A stretch of DNA of 64,000 bases from Paraspadella gotoi (Eukaryota > Animalia > Chaetognatha). The stretch is from contig CM119264.1 of assembly GCA_051294375.1 (NCBI GenBank), positions 26,910,340-26,974,339 on the forward strand, given 5' to 3'. Of the stretch, positions 1-12,184 are shown one piece after another. Made by a program: the position numbers and the translations under genes. Position 1 is the first letter of the stretch. The number at the start of each line of letters is the position of its first letter. Under the pieces are notes generated by a model, which saw only the letters and a list, made by a program, of their open reading frames with translations, was not told the origin of the DNA and did not search any database.

Positions 1-396
1 AAAGATCATTTTCTTTGTCCGTTACAGTCCAACGTATTTTCGGAATATTTTGAAACAGATTTGAATTTTTTTTCCCCAAAAATAAAAATAATGTCGAAAC
101 TACCTGCTCGCCTTCGGGAAACTAATAATTATGCGTCGATATTGAAATTTTGGGCGTTTTAAAGTAAAATATTTTACATTTTATTATTGAAAGTTTAAAA
201 TTTTTAGGCGTATTTTTTTTTTAATTAGATTTTATACTCTAAATCTTTAATCACACTGTATTATTTATAATCCTGCAGTTACAAGTTTTTTTAAATTAAA
301 GCCCTAATCTTTTACTGAAATTTCAAGTAAGTTTAAAAATTAACATCAAACAATCGCATAAGAGAAAAATGCTCTAATGGTAATATTTTATAACTT

Positions 397-851
397 TGTC
401 GCCTGATGTGTTGTGGGCGGAAAGTGCATCACCAGGTTGAGGCATGTCGCCTGAAAGTGTTGTTGTTGCTGTTGTGTTCGGAAGACGGGCTCACCAATGA
501 AGAGACAGTAATTATTGATAAGTGTTAATGACAGAACCGTTCAATATAAGCAGTAAGGCGTAGTGAAAGTTACATACAAAAATTCTAAATATCAATTATG
601 AACAACATACCATCAGTAAACTTTAATTTGTAAAAAAAAATTAATTTTATGTTCAATTTTTGCAGTAGGCTATATTTATATATAGTACTACTCCTATAAC
701 ACCATGTTACAGGCGGGTTAAGCGCCCCGTCCCTCTTAACTGCTAGGCGACCACCGGGCTAGAACCCCGGACCTTTGGGTTGGGAGGCGAATGATTTGCC
801 TCCAGCACCAATGGCCGCTGATGAACGGTTGGTGGATTTTAGTCTACCATA
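397..851 (-). mobile_element. Family-1 tRNA/twister repeat copy with P4 replaced by a hAT-MITE end fragment (554-693)
   Basis: Reverse complement of 694-851 matches 60720-60880, and that of 397-554 matches 60471-60632. Confidence 0.8.
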
Positions 852-1789
852 AATCATGTTTTAATAATACCCCGTGTCCGTTTGCGAGTGACATTAAAAA
901 AATCTTTACTATACTTTAAATATATAATAAATTTAATTCATAAGTTTATCATTAGTTGGAGAACTACTTCACGTCTTTTATGTATAAGTTTCATTAGCCT
1001 AATGATTAGGTGTTTAATTTTTTTACTATTCTTAGTTTAATTTTTTATCTAACTCAGTAAAATTGGTGAAAAAAGACCATTTAGACGTGTTCTTGATTGA
1101 ATTTTTTAAAAAAACTTTATATTATTAGAAATCCTTATTAATGGTAATTATTGGGAATTATTATAATGTTGAGTAACTGAATAATGAATTTTTATTTATT
1201 TGTATTTGTTTGTATTATTTAATTGTAAACTTAAGTTTTCATTATACAATTTGTCCAATTGGCGATCCCGGAGTTGAATTCGCTCTGGAGGCTTATGGGA
1301 AAACAAAGAGAAAGAAGAGGAAAAAATAAAGTTCGTTTCTTTACGGAAAAGAAAATTTAAGACAGTAATAATAATGATATTAAAAACGTTTTTAAGCTTT
1401 ACGAGCTAAGGATTTCTTTTTAATTCTTTAAAAAATTTAATTATAATATTTTTTTTATTGTTTTTGATAGATATTTACAAAATAAGTTTTTATTTGTGAT
1501 AACCACGATCATTTAATAATTCGGATATGTTTTGGTTCTTGTTTTTTGATCCTTCATCAACCAGTTTTAATAATAATAATAAATATTTAGATATTAACTT
1601 TGAGAGATAGAGAGGCAATTTTAACTTTGATATTTCTCACTCTCTCCGAATTATTAAATGACCATTGTAATCATAAATAAAAACTGTTACTTTATAAATA
1701 TTATTATTATATTTTTTATAAATTTATTAATATTTAAATATTCTTTTTTGAAATGTTAAATTGTATACTTAAACCAAAACTTAATTCTA

Positions 1790-1915
1790 ATTTACCCTTA
1801 ACTTACCCCTCACCCAAACTTACCCCTAACTTACCCTTACCCCTAACTTACCCCTACCCCTAACTTACCCTTACCCCTACCCCTAACTTACCCCTAACCC
1901 TACCTTACCCCTAAT
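1790..1915. repeat. Telomere-like degenerate (CTTACCCCTAA)n tract
   Basis: Repeated TTACCCCTAAC/TTACCC units. Confidence 0.8.
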
Positions 1916-2412
1916 TTATTTTTAACCTTAATTTATTTTTTTAGTTAATTTATACTTATTTTTAATTTATTCTTTATTATAATTTATTGTAATTTTAATT
2001 TTTACCCAAATATATATTGGTTGTACCAATTTCATATAACAAAAATATTTTAAAAAAATTATGATATCTGAATTCTTTTATTTTTTTTCCCCAAAATGTT
2101 ATCCTCTTCCGTTCCATTTCATTCCTCTTCTTTTTTCCGTTAATTTTTTAGGAAAAACCTTGCTCTTCGTTTTCCTGTAGGCCTCCATAAGGCATTGATC
2201 TCCAGGAATGCCTTCCCGGATAATTCTTAATTTAATGGTGTAAATAAATTTTAAAATTTTTTATAAATTAATAAATAATTAATTTATATTAATTTTTTTT
2301 AAAGATTTAGTTTTTTAATAAAGATGAAACTAGATGACCATTGAAGAAAGGTTGTTTTACATAAGTTAATATCAAATTAATCTTATGAAATTTAAATATA
2401 ATAAACGTCCAG

Positions 2413-2982
2413 TAAGGCGTAGTAAAATTTTTAAATTCAACTTTAATTAAAATTCTAAAAGTGAGGAACGAACAACATTATACTGATGAACATTTATGTA
2501 TAAAAAAAATTATAATAAATTTTACAATTTATGCAGTAGGCCATATTTATATTAGTACTAATCCAATAGATGTTAAAATTTTAAAACAGTTTTTTTAAAG
2601 ATTTTGTTTTGCATATTTGGATTCGTCATAAAAAGTTGATAAAAAGAAATATAATTCTTTTTGAAAAATTCCTTCATTAAGTGGGTCAAAAATTCGAAAA
2701 AACTATATTTTAAATGGAAAATTATTTTTTTATATATTAAATATAGTTTTTTAAAATTTTTAACCCACTTAATAAAAGAATTTTTAAAAATGATTTATAT
2801 TTTCTTTTATCAACTTTTGACGAGGAATTCAAATCTGCAATCAAAATTAAAAAAAGCTTATTTTAAATTTTTTTGATTTTATAAGGATAGTACTTTATAT
2901 AAATATATGTTAATGTTTACTGATAGTATGTTGTTCATAATTGACATTTAGAATTTTCGTATGTAACTTTCACTACGCCTTA
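2413..2982. mobile_element. hAT-type fold-back MITE
   Basis: TIR TAAGGCGTAGT/ACTACGCCTTA, exact 8-bp TSD ACGTCCAG (2405-12, 2983-90), internally palindromic. Related pieces at 554-693, about 59390-59650 and 60930-61190. Confidence 0.85.
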
Positions 2983-3253
2983 ACGTCCAGTACTTTGCTA
3001 TAGAATTAGAATGAGGAAAGAAAATTTTAAAAAATATATATCCAATGAGAAATGGTACGCATTTATTTGGTGTCACTCTCGAACGGACACGGGGTATTAA
3101 TTCTTATTATGAACCAAATGAATTCGATTACCTTAATAATTTGACTAGATAAGGGGTGATGGTTTAATTTTTTTTTTCACTTTAGCCATAATATAATAAG
3201 TCTCCTTTCCCACATTCAGCTCCGTATGTCGATGCGTCGCGGCCTTAAGTAGG

Positions 3254-6245
3254 ATGAGCAGTTTGATCTCCGGACCCTTCAACTCTCGGGGGTCCCGGCA
3301 GGCGTCTCCCAGTCTCCCTTCAATGAGCACTGGAGGCGTCGGCGGAGGCGGCGTCGTCGGAGGAGACGCTTTGCCCTCAGCGACCATAACCCCGGCGGCG
3401 ACAACTACAACTTACCAAGCGGAGGATTTCCTCAACATCCCCAACGACATGGCGCAGATGTTGGAGGCGGAGATGAACGAGATTCTCCACGGCGGCGGAC
3501 TCGGCTCCGCCTTCGGCCCGCCGGGCTCTCAATTAGACGCGGATTCGACGGCGCCGTTTTTCATGCGTCTCGATACTCCGGGGCCGGACGAACTCCCGAG
3601 TCTCGACTCCTTCGATCCGCTCAACTTCGGCGTCAACCTCGAGTCGGACTTCGAGGGCAAATACGCGAGCCTTCTGTCCGGCGAGGCGCCCAACCTCTCT
3701 TCGGACACATTCTGCGGGAGGATGTCTTCGAGCGTGGTCGTCGATCGAGCCACTCTCACGACATCTCCCTTTTCTTCGTTTCTCTTCGACTCCAACTCTC
3801 AGCCCGGCAGCGTCGGAAGCACCGGAAGCGGGATCAACAGGAATCCCATACTCATGGTGGACCCGCAGACGGGGATTCCCAATCAGCCGATGGTGCCGAC
3901 GACGGTCTCGCAAAACGACGACAACGATTCTTCAAAACTCTGGTCGGAAACGACGACGACCAGGACCGTGAGTTCGTCGTCGCTCTCGTTCGCCACCAGA
4001 CCCTCAATCGCCGCCCCTCACTTGCCTTTCCCTGCGCCGGCGACGCAATCGGGAGCGGTTGCCGCCGCCGCTTCCCAGTGTGACCGCGACGTGCACATGA
4101 TGTCGCCGCCACCGACTAAACCATTTGTCAAGAGCGAGGCCACTTTCGCCGGCGAGAATTCCAAGTCTTCCGAGGCTCGGGTGGCTCAATCCGCCGCCGC
4201 CCAAAATGTCCCCGTCAAATCCGAGGAGAGTTCTCAAGTTTGGAGTCAACTCCAAACCATTTTGCTCAGCGGCACCAACGGCCCGATCTCGAGCAGCCTG
4301 CTGCAGCAATTGCAGCCGCTGCTGTCGCAACAAAAATCCAAGAATATAATCGTCCAGGCAAAGGCGTTGACGCCGACCTCGTCGTCCGAGTCAGCGACTC
4401 GCGCCACCCCGCCCGCCGCCAACGGCCCCACGAGCTTTCAAACCGTGCAGATTCTCAAGTCGGGCGCGCCCGGCTCCGTCAACGGCACCAAGACCGTCGT
4501 CTTTCGCGGGGGAGATGTCCCCAAAGCCCCCGCCTCCGTCGGCACTCCCCAGGGCGCCTTTAGCACGCCGACCACGATGGCCGCGGCTCCTACGACGCCC
4601 TTCGGAACCGCAGTCTCGTCCGCCGCGCAAGGTGCTAATCGGAACGGCGCCGCGTTATCGTCCTCCGCCGCCTCCTACCCTAACCTCAGCTCCCCCTCGG
4701 AGGCGCGGAGCGGATGCAGCGTATCGTCGGAAAACTCGGACGAGGATTCGCAGGAAGTTGGCCACACGGACGGAGAATCGGACAATCCCTTTCCCAAGCC
4801 AGTCTACTCGTACAGTTGCCTTATCGCGCTCGCCCTCAAGAATAGCAAGACTGGAAGTTTGCCCGTCAGCGACATTTACAATTTTATGACGTGAGTAAAG
4901 CGAGAAATAAATATTAAATTTGAACAATCAATATAAAATTATTCATTCATACAATAAACAAGCTATCTTCCCCCTGACTTTAATCAGGCTATGGTACTTT
5001 AATAGATAAAAATATAATAATAATATAATAATAATAAGCTCTCAATCAAGTGATTTAAGTGATATAATAATTTTTAATCGTTTCCATTGAATTAAATGAC
5101 CTCTCCCTTAATTATGTATCGGGGTATACAAAATACAAGGTTCTAAATATTATGAAATTAATAATGCCAATATAAAATTAATCATTCATTCATTCATTAA
5201 ATAGGTTCTCATGCCCCTGAGTTTGGACGGTCTATTTGATTCACATTCGAGTAAAGTTTACTCCGTACTAATAATAATAAATGTTTAAATTTAAAAAAAA
5301 AAGTCCCCATCTATTCACAACCCTTTATATCGTTCAATTCAGCGATAACTTTCCTTACTTCCGTACCGCTCCCGACGGATGGAAGAACTCTGTACGACAC
5401 AACCTCTCTCTCAACAAATGCTTCGAGAAAATAGAGAAACCCGGAGCCAACGGCCAAGGGTCACGGAAAGGATGCCATTGGTCGCTCAATCCGCTCAAGT
5501 TGGAGAAGATGGAGGACGAGATCATCAAGTGGCGAAAAAAGGATCCTCAGGGCGTGCTCAGGAGCATGTCTTATCCCGGTAAGGAAATGTGATAGTTCAC
5601 AGAAGCCGTGAGCTGTTAGTAGATGTCTTTTCACTTTTGTTGAGCCTTTGTAGCCTACACCCGTTAAGCTTTTTTCGTCGAATTTATTGCAATGTAGATA
5701 AGCAGCGTTGGGGGTCGGGTTTTTTTTTAAAGATAGTTTTCTTCCAACTGTTACAGTTGGTTACCTCTTGAAATAAAACTTTACTATCGCAACTTAACCT
5801 CTCTCCTTTCGTGTCTCCCCACCGTTCCACAGAAAAACTGGAATCGATCGAGCGCGGAACCATCACGTCCTCGAACTACTCCGAATTCTCTCACCTTCGC
5901 GATCCCCGTCTTTTGTTCGAAACTCATTCCGACGAACCCGAGTCCCAGTCAGTCCCGTCGCAAGTTCCCAGCGTCTCCTATCCCGCCAAACAAATGGTAA
6001 AGATGTCCGATCTCGGCACCGCCCTGCAAAAGGACGCCATCAAAAAGGATCGCGACATTTCCACCATCGACGTCTCGGTCCGCCACGAAGTCCCGCCCAC
6101 CCAGTTGACAACGACGGGAAATATCTTGGCCTCGCTGAGCGGAATCGCCGGCGGCTCCAACTCCATTAAGTTTTCCTTTTCTCCCGGAACGAATCGCGGA
6201 AAGTCTTTGTCCCACTTGACGTCCATCCTTTCCAATCAGACTTAG
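3254..6245 (+). CDS. FoxN1/4: Forkhead box transcription factor, FoxN1/4 class (761 aa predicted); exons 3254-4890, 5343-5578, 5833-6245
   Basis: The forkhead domain [33 protein letters not shown]|[32 protein letters not shown]...[10 protein letters not shown]...RSMSYP|EKLE is characteristic of FoxN1/N4. GT-AG introns 4891-5342 (phase 2) and 5579-5832 (phase 1) join in frame; total 2286 nt. The frame is open back to a splice acceptor at 3219, so an upstream exon is possible. AATAAA at 7026-7031. Confidence 0.93.
4920..5270 (-). mobile_element. Degenerate family-2 repeat (partial tandem) in FoxN intron 1
   Basis: The reverse complement shares AAAGTCAGGGG..AGATAGCTT.TTTATT.....TGAATG..TAATTTTATATTG and spacer words (CCTTGTATTTTG, TAAGGGAG.GGTC) with 44500-44710. 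Confidence 0.7.
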
Positions 6246-7289
6246 CCTCCAGTTTTTTGTGTTTCACCCTGGTGTGATGCAGTTATTTTGTTTTTTAGAC
6301 GTCGAGAAAAGGGGCAGTTGATTTCCTGGTTGATTGGCTGAAATTGTTATTTTGAAAACTTCTTCCGCTACAGGAGGTCGTCTAAATTTTCTGGAGATTA
6401 GTTAACAAACCCATGCATTTGAGGAGTCTTTGAAGTATGTGTGCAGAAGGAATTAAATACGCGTGTGTTTTGTGGTTTTCGTTTGGTTAAATTAATTCTG
6501 AAAATGTTCTACTTCGGACCGTAGTACTTAAACGTACGTTATTGCTACTAATTATTTGCTAACATTTGCACATAAAACGATTATTTTTTACAAAAAATAA
6601 TACGCGACGGAAAAAAAAAATTATTTCAGGGTTTTTTAAAGCTTAGCTATTTAGGTACGTTTGTTGTGAAAACTGCTTCTGCTATTGCAGTGACTTAACG
6701 TAGAGGAATTTGCCTTCCCTACTGATTGTGTGCTCATTCATTTTCTTTTTACACGATTTTAAAAAAGTTACTCTTCATTGCTGTGGTTTGAAGTTTTATA
6801 GAATTGCCTTCAATGTATATCATTGTGTAAATCATGTGACCTGGCCTCTAAGAGGCTACATTTTAGTATGGGTTACAACGGATTGTTTTAAATTACTTAA
6901 TTTGTTATTTTTAAATTAAATTGTTACGATATTGACTAGATTTATTTTATTTTTTGTATCTTTAGAAATTAGAATATTTAGAATTATTTTTGAGTATTTA
7001 CTATTTATTATCTAGTGATAGTCAAAATAAATAGTTGAATATCTATGTAATTCGAGATTTGTATAGACTATGCGAGCTGAAAATAATTCGGTTCGTTTCA
7101 CATTAAGCCGCTTATGCCTATAATTTTAAACAAAACATTTAAATTTAATGTTACGAAAAATAATAAAATTTTAAAAAAACACCGAATCCAAGGAGTTTTT
7201 TCTCGGAGCCAAGGAAGCTCGCAAGTCGCAACCAACGAAAAGCTCATGCAAGTCTTTGCGTCGATCAATAAAAACCCCGCCGCTCTTAT

Positions 7290-7570
7290 TGTTCCTTTAT
7301 ACATGGCGTCTTCGTTAAAAAAAAACGAAAACTCTCGCCAATTGCCAATAATCCTTATTAGATTGAGACTTGTCGGGAAGAAGGTCCTCCCCCATCCCCC
7401 TTAAAGAAACCGCCCTCCCGCTTTCATCATGCGCCACCAAGCGACGCAAGCGGAAATTCATCAGAATCCGGAATCGCGGAGCAGACGCAACCTTCATTAG
7501 GTCGCGGGCCCGCCCCCCACCTCATTTCCGCCCTCCAATTGATTGGCTTCCGGTCGGACGTTCGGATCCC
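7290..7570. promoter_or_regulatory. GC-rich promoter/enhancer-like island downstream of FoxN
   Basis: CCAAT/ATTGG pair, TTCCGG and GC-box-like motifs; no associated gene identified. Confidence 0.3.
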
Positions 7571-10194
7571 TTTTTTGAGGGGGGGATGAATATGGGCATC
7601 TCATTCCTAATACTTTTTGTAGTACATTTTTTTCAACATTAATCGTTTGTTAGTAACGACCGCTAGGAGAGAAGTCGCATCAGTGGTCAAACGAAGCTTT
7701 ATCTGACGCCGCTGAGGGCCTAGCGTTTGGCCCGATTCTGCTCCAGACTCCGGAGCGACAAGTCTTAACTCTTTTTAAATCCCCTGGAGGGCGCGGCATC
7801 GGAGGCGACGCGGCGCTGCCGCTTTCCGCCGGCGCTGCGGGGCTCGAGATGCAGAATCGCTGAATTTGCAAGTTTGACTCCGAAGATGAGTTGGTGCCAG
7901 TCGAGAGAGAAGAGGACCAGAGAGAGAGAGAAAAAAAAATTGCTCCTCCACTTTCTCGCTCTTTTTTTTTCTCGTAACTATGGTACAGAAAAAAATCCTA
8001 AGCCCATTGCTAGTTGCCATTCTTCCGACGAAATTATTCTACAACACAGATGACAAGAAAATAGTATATTTACTGAGTCTCTTAAATAGTTTTTTGTTAT
8101 TTCTTATCTGGAATTAATTAATTATATTTGATAGTTAATAATCAATCCCGAGTCATTGTTTACAAGTTTACTATCAGCTGTTCACTTTTTTTATTTGATT
8201 TAAAAAGACCAAAGCTGCATTAATATCGTCTAACGAAATATTCTTATTTACTATATGCACAAGACGTATCAAAGGTTTATTATTATTCAGAATAAGTCAA
8301 AATTCAAAGTTAAAATTCGGCGCTCAATGTTAGAAAAAGCGCTAAGAATTGAACGGCAATTATGTTTTACGAACTTTCACATAATTAAATCTCATAAATT
8401 AAAGGTTTAGACGACCTCGACAAAGGTCATCTTTGCTTCCTCGATGGGTTTTACTCATTTATGACGAAACTTTTTTTTCTTTTTCCCATTTTTCCAATAA
8501 CTTTCCCTTCTCGATCTTTCCACCCATCGATCCGATGAACCTTCTCCTCTTGGGGAAACCAATTGAGCAAATCTTTGCTTTATTCATATTTCGTCCCTCT
8601 CTCCTCCGGAAACAGTCGATCCCAAAAATTTCCGTCTAATTCACATCCTCTCTTTCTCTCCTCCCTTCTACCCCCATCGCAAAAAAAAAAAAAAAAAAAT
8701 GAAAGAAGAATTTCGCGAAGTGACGCTATTTTGGATCCGTTGGGTTTTTGGACCGGAAGCCTGGAGCCGGACCCGGCCTCGCTTCCGTTTTATCTCGGGA
8801 GGCGATTGATGGCCCGACGCCCGCGGAGGCGACGGCTCGAATCCTCGTGGAGGCGTTTGGTGTCGTGGGGGGGGGAATGGGGCGGAGCGAATGGTGTAGC
8901 TGGGGCTCCAGGCGCCTGGTCGAACGACGTGCCTGGTGGAAAGCGGCGCGGAAAGGCGCGTGGCTGGGAGAAGCAAATTAAGAATCGGTTCTCCAGTTCG
9001 GTGAGAGAGAGTGAGAGAGAGAGACTGACTCAGAGAGAGAAAGGGAGAAACAGGAATGAGGCAAATTAAGCAAATAACGATGGAGAAAAATTGGTAGGAA
9101 GCTGTGGTTCGATTGGATTGGGCGAGGGAGAGAAATGTTGGTCGATGGTGAAGGAATGACGGGGAATGGACTTGCATATTTATAAGCTCACGACAATTAT
9201 CACACTATAATTGTATGTAAAGTTCTCCTCGGCGAAATTGAGATTTAATTATTAATAATTGTTACTATTGGTACATATTTCAGTGTACGTACATTGCACT
9301 AATGATAATATCTCTTTCTTGACTCAACGTGGACGAACCCCTCTCGAAATATTTCCGTATAAATCTACGAATAAATTCCTAAAAACTAAAAATAGGCGAA
9401 ACTGCGAAAACGAAACTCGTGTTTCGACGGAGCCTCGTTCCGGTTTTTTAACCATTTAGCGCTGACATCGAGTCGTTTCCAACCTCCATTGCTTTTATTA
9501 TATTATCATAGGCCTGTCTGTTTTTTAGTGGGGTTTCGTTACGCCCGGAATCTTCGCGTCCGCTACGACGCCAATGTGCTACCATCAACATAAATCGCTC
9601 CCCAATCAGCATTTTTCTCCATCCTCTTTTTTTCTTTCGGCGAGAGGCTTTGGAGAGAAAAGGCCGGGAAATAGGTGGCCGGACATAAGAAATTCAGTTT
9701 TGTTTATAAATATCTAATTAAATCTTAAAAGTTTTGTTAAACAAAATTTAATGTTTCATTCTATACAAGGTTAGGAGAGAGTTTTGGTTTTTTTTAAATC
9801 GACCGTTTGCCTCAATGCCTTCAAACTTATAATAATAATTAATATAAAAGTCATCTGTCATATATCTATCATTAAGTTTGAAGTCTAAAACTACCTGAGA
9901 CTCCTTCGGTCCTCGAGAGACGTCAATGAAGGAAGTCCCCAGAGCGTCAAGCTTTTTTTCCGGTTGAGAAGCGACGCTGGCGCTGCGCCGCCGGACGCGC
10001 AGTTGAGACTTGACACGTCAGCACCCGAGCGTCTCCCTCGGTTCCTCGAATCCTTCCGCGCACGCAACGCGGTTCTTATTTTTTCATGAAAAAAAAAGAG
10101 TGTTATAATATTGTTTGCGATTTACAAGTTTAGGTTAATTTGACATTGTGGTATAATCCTTTCTTTTCGTTGTGTAATAATTATTAGAAAAGTT

Positions 10195-10580
10195 TGAAAT
10201 GAATTTTCAACAACGATTTTATTTTTAATAAAAAACGGACATGTTTCGGCTTAACTACAAGCCTTCATCAGCATTAAAAAAGTTAGTGAATTTTGAAACA
10301 AATTATGTGCATAAAGAAAGAGTGAGAGAGAGAGAGAGAGAGAGAGAGGGCAAAGTTTCCAACACAGAGTTGAGAAGGGATAGTGGTCAATTGTGAGGAC
10401 AGATTTAAGGTGAAACAAATAGAGCCAGTTTGTGAAAAGAAATTGAAATGGTGAGAGAGAGAGAGAGAGAGAAGGAGAGAGAGAGAGTGAGAGAACTTGA
10501 AAAATAATACATTGTGCAATGTACAACAAAGATAAATATTGTTTAAAACTTAATGATCAGTGTTAACAATTAACTACTGT
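10195..10580 (-). mobile_element. Penelope-like element pseudo-LTR / 3' fragment
   Basis: Contains the hammerhead; reverse complement of 10435-10580 matches the PLE 3' region at 63850-63995 (GTTGTACATTGCACA...CT-rich). Confidence 0.75.
10234..10275 (-). ncRNA. Minimal type-I hammerhead ribozyme (PLE-type)
   Basis: Reverse complement: AATG-CTGATGA-AGGCTT-GTAGTT-AAGCC-GAAA-CATG-TC-CGTT. Intact core, stem I AAUG/CGUU, palindromic ACATGT helix III, GUC triplet. Confidence 0.88.
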
Positions 10581-10663
10581 GAATAAATAATAAATAATTT
10601 TGATATTGTTACGTACGATTTCAACAGATCTACCTTGCCTCCGGACTCGTGGTTACTGAAGGA

Positions 10664-10725
10664 CTCTCTTACCAGACAATCACAATAGCAGGATCCCGCA
10701 AGCTTTCAATCTTGACTCTCTTAGT
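10664..10725 (-). mobile_element. Family-2 repeat fragment ending just before the ribozyme core
   Basis: Reverse complement GAGAGTCAAGATTGAAAGCTTGCGGGATCCTGCTATTGTGATTGTCTGGTAAGAG matches 44751-44804. Confidence 0.7.
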
Positions 10726-10728
10726 TGA

Positions 10729-10799
<71 letters not shown>

Positions 10800-12184
10800 G
10801 GTATGGAAAGATCTCTTCGATCAAGTTGCACACTTAATCCTCAAGTCCTACCTTTCCTTTTCCGGAGGCCAAAAGGGGGGGGGGCTTTCGAATCCTCGTT
10901 TTTCTTCCTTCACCGCGAATCAAGAACTAATTTAATTTTTCCTTTTTTCGTTTTGCTTCCGACTCACCGAGCGTCAAAGACGCGTCGCTTTTTCGGAGTC
11001 GAAATGAAAGATGATCCAATTATCTCCTAGACAAATGGCGGGCGGAGTGGGATTTTATTTTTATTTCTTTCTCTTTCTTTTTATTTTTAGATTAATTTTC
11101 AATGATTGTAGCGATGGTAACTATGTCGACTGGCATTACGCTATTACCGATTAGTTATTTGGGACAAGAGTGGGCTTTTATGGTAGTGACAATGCATACT
11201 TACCATTCTACCTAGAATAACAAGCACCAAGTTCAATCACGAAGCGAAGAGGAAAGTCAAAAAAAGGAAAACTGCAAAAATGGCAGATTGTAAAATGGTG
11301 ACGCCTTCGGCCGAGGGCGAATGACTCCACGAATGGCGTTGACGCGTGACGCAGTTCGGTTAACATCCAAAAAGGACATATCACCTAACGGTTAATGGTT
11401 AATAAAGGGCGAGAAAATCACGGTATTAGAATTCGGAACGCGAAACGAAAAGAATCTATCGGAGGGAGACTCAAGATTCTCGTTCGAATTTATTGTTTGA
11501 AAATTTAAGGTTATCAACCTCAACTAAAAATTTTAAACATTTTATGGGGATCGGGAAAATTAAGATATTCGCTGCACACAGTGCCCACTGCCCAGTCTTT
11601 TTTAAAGCGGATCAATTTACGACTCCACTTCCTTTTATTCTACCGTTAAACAAGCGCCATCTTTATCGCGCGAAAAAATCTCTATTACTTAACGTACGCC
11701 CTTTCGTGCCGCTTCTCTTTCGCAATAAAACAAAACAACAACAACGATAGATTCTCGGGAAACTACGACGCAGTAGAAAAAAAAAAACTCTGGATGTCGG
11801 CCAGAATTCGGATCGACCTTCATCCACGGGCGATGACCTTTTGGAGTAGGTCATCCTCGATGGAGATCCGAGGGTCATCCCAGCCAGCATGTAATCATTT
11901 TGTCTCGTTGGGTTACCGAGCGTGGGTTGGGTTTGTGTGCGGTTTTTTTCGAGACTCGCTCTCTGTCGGAGTCTCTTTTTTATATATATCGCCGTTGGTT
12001 TCTTTCCCCCCCCCCTTTTTTTTTCCTCCTTTCGAACAAATTTGTTTCTTTATTATAATTTTGCTTTAATTATTGTTATCCATTTATCTCCCAGCTTTAT
12101 TTCTTTCAAGTCTCCACTCTCCAATGAACTTTCATTTTTTCCTCTCATTATTAATATTCCTTATAATTTTCACCTCTTTTCTTC

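Larger units (their letters stand above)
870..3094. mobile_element. Non-autonomous TIR element flanked by TA (Tc1/mariner-like), containing nested insertions
   Basis: TIRs CCCCGTGTCCGTTTGCGAGTGACA (870-893) and 3071-3094 match at 22/24 positions; TA on both sides. Confidence 0.75.

Noticed and set aside
746-819. Functional tRNA-Gly gene
   Set aside because: The anticodon stem is unpaired and the T-loop non-canonical; it is embedded in a repeat, so it is treated as a tRNA-derived head.
812-845. CTGATGA as a hammerhead core (also at 2483 and 59776)
   Set aside because: No stem II followed by GAAA; these lie on the antisense strand of the family-1 repeat or in a MITE.
1790-1915. True telomere or chromosome end
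   Set aside because: Short, degenerate and internal to a TIR element.
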